Source: a virus
Taxonomy: Duplodnaviria > Caudoviricetes
Length of the DNA stretch: 56,689 nt
Reading direction: 5' to 3' (one strand)
Virus record (IMG/VR): IMGVR_UViG_3300032331_002769
Coordinates: 1-56,689 of that record
Shown: one piece after another, positions 56,165 through 56,689 of the stretch
Layout of the letters: each line of letters starts with the position of its first letter
Numbering within the stretch: the stretch's first letter is position 1
The notes under the pieces: generated by a model
What the model saw: the letters and a program-made list of their open reading frames with translations, nothing else
Told to the model about the DNA's origin: nothing
The model's database searches: none
Made by a program: the position numbers and the translations under genes

Positions 56165-56368
56165 TTAGTTATTAGCAACTTGCATTTTTAAAATTTCAAT
56201 TGCAATATTAATATGCTTCATATTGTAAGGATCTAAATTTCTTTGTTGGCAAATTCTTTTGATACAAATAAAAAAAGCAAATGTATCAAGCACCATCATT
56301 TTTTCTACGTCCTTAACCGCTTCCCTTGTGTATGAAACTTCAATGACTTTATTTTTGTTATTGTTCAT
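56165..56368 (-). CDS. Hypothetical protein, first gene of the right arm
   Basis: ATG 25 bp downstream of a minus-strand -7 box. Confidence 0.68.
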   Translation of the reverse strand: MNNNKNKVIEVSYTREAVKDVEKMMVLDTFAFFICIKRICQQRNLDPYNMKHINIAIEILKMQVANN

Positions 56369-56392
56369 AATTGCTCAATAAATAATTTTAAA

Positions 56393-56400
56393 CAAATATA
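56393..56400 (-). promoter_or_regulatory. -7 box TATATTTG driving the right-arm operon
   Basis: TAnnTTTG on minus strand. Confidence 0.65.
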
Positions 56401-56567
56401 AAAAAGATTATCAACAAACACAGCATAAAAGGTAAAAGTTATTAACAATGAATAATCAGAAATAAACAATTTGATTTTATCGAACAGATCCATTTTCCAT
56501 AAAGAACAAGAAAAAGAATAAGAAAAAGCATTTGCGTTAGCAAATAGACACAAGAAAAAAAAACCTC

Positions 56568-56658
56568 GTAACAAATTTGAATAAAATTTGTTACAGTTTA
56601 GAGGGGGGAATGAGGAGTATTGATAAAGTTGACGATCCATTGAAAATGGTATCGTCAA
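56568..56658. repeat. Two inverted repeats near the right end
   Basis: GTAACAAATTT/AAATTTGTTAC (56568-56594) and TTGACGATCCATT/AATGGTATCGTCAA (56629-56658, one bulge). Confidence 0.7.
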
Positions 56659-56689
56659 AGAAAGAAAAGAAGTAAAGATAGAAATAGAA

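Larger units (their letters stand above)
1..56689. mobile_element. Bacteroidota phage genome, probably tailless and membrane-containing, (near-)complete
   Basis: Dense phage-type gene content, no housekeeping genes, A32/HerA-like ATPase, many membrane proteins, lysis enzymes, TAnnTTTG promoters, inward-facing early arms at both ends. Confidence 0.9.

Noticed and set aside
56365-56658. 97 aa minus-strand ORF
   Set aside because: F/L-rich product of the purine-skewed non-coding end; overlaps the promoter and hairpins.
1-56689. Integrated prophage or conjugative element
   Set aside because: No integrase, relaxase, T4SS genes, att-like repeats or flanking host genes recognised.
1-56689. Alternative genetic code, tRNA genes, DGR/retron reverse transcriptase
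   Set aside because: Standard code gives dense full-length ORFs; no cloverleaf or YxDD RT motif noticed, although tRNAscan was not run.

Overview
The whole 56.7 kb AT-rich window looks like a complete or near-complete genome of a virus infecting Bacteroidota (probably Flavobacterium-like). Host evidence: repeated TAnnTTTG -7 promoter boxes, A-rich start regions without Shine-Dalgarno sequences, and family types typical of these phages. I could not recognise a terminase, portal, HK97 capsid, tape measure or integrase. Instead there is an FtsK-HerA/A32-type packaging ATPase, two paralogous beta-rich candidate single-jelly-roll capsid proteins, and more than 15 small membrane proteins. This points to an unusually large tailless, membrane-containing phage. 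Layout: (1) early/replication arm, 0.3-12.8 kb: polB-like minimal palm, ParB, DnaB, DnaA-C-like HTH, two DNA methylases, RusA. (2) Reversed envelope cassette: OmpA and a lytic transglycosylase. (3) About 13 kb of modular cargo polyproteins whose domains are separated by ~21 copies of an [FY]xxGG motif. (4) Three more peptidoglycan hydrolases. (5) Packaging, glycosylation, capsid and membrane module with a second recurring motif, [SN]-[AFVI]-x-G, and an HExxH protease. (6) Spikes and lysis genes. (7) Minus-strand arm of small early genes. The genome also avoids restriction sites so strongly that I saw no Ala-Ala dipeptide in the genes I scanned. All domain calls come from motif recognition by eye, not database searches.
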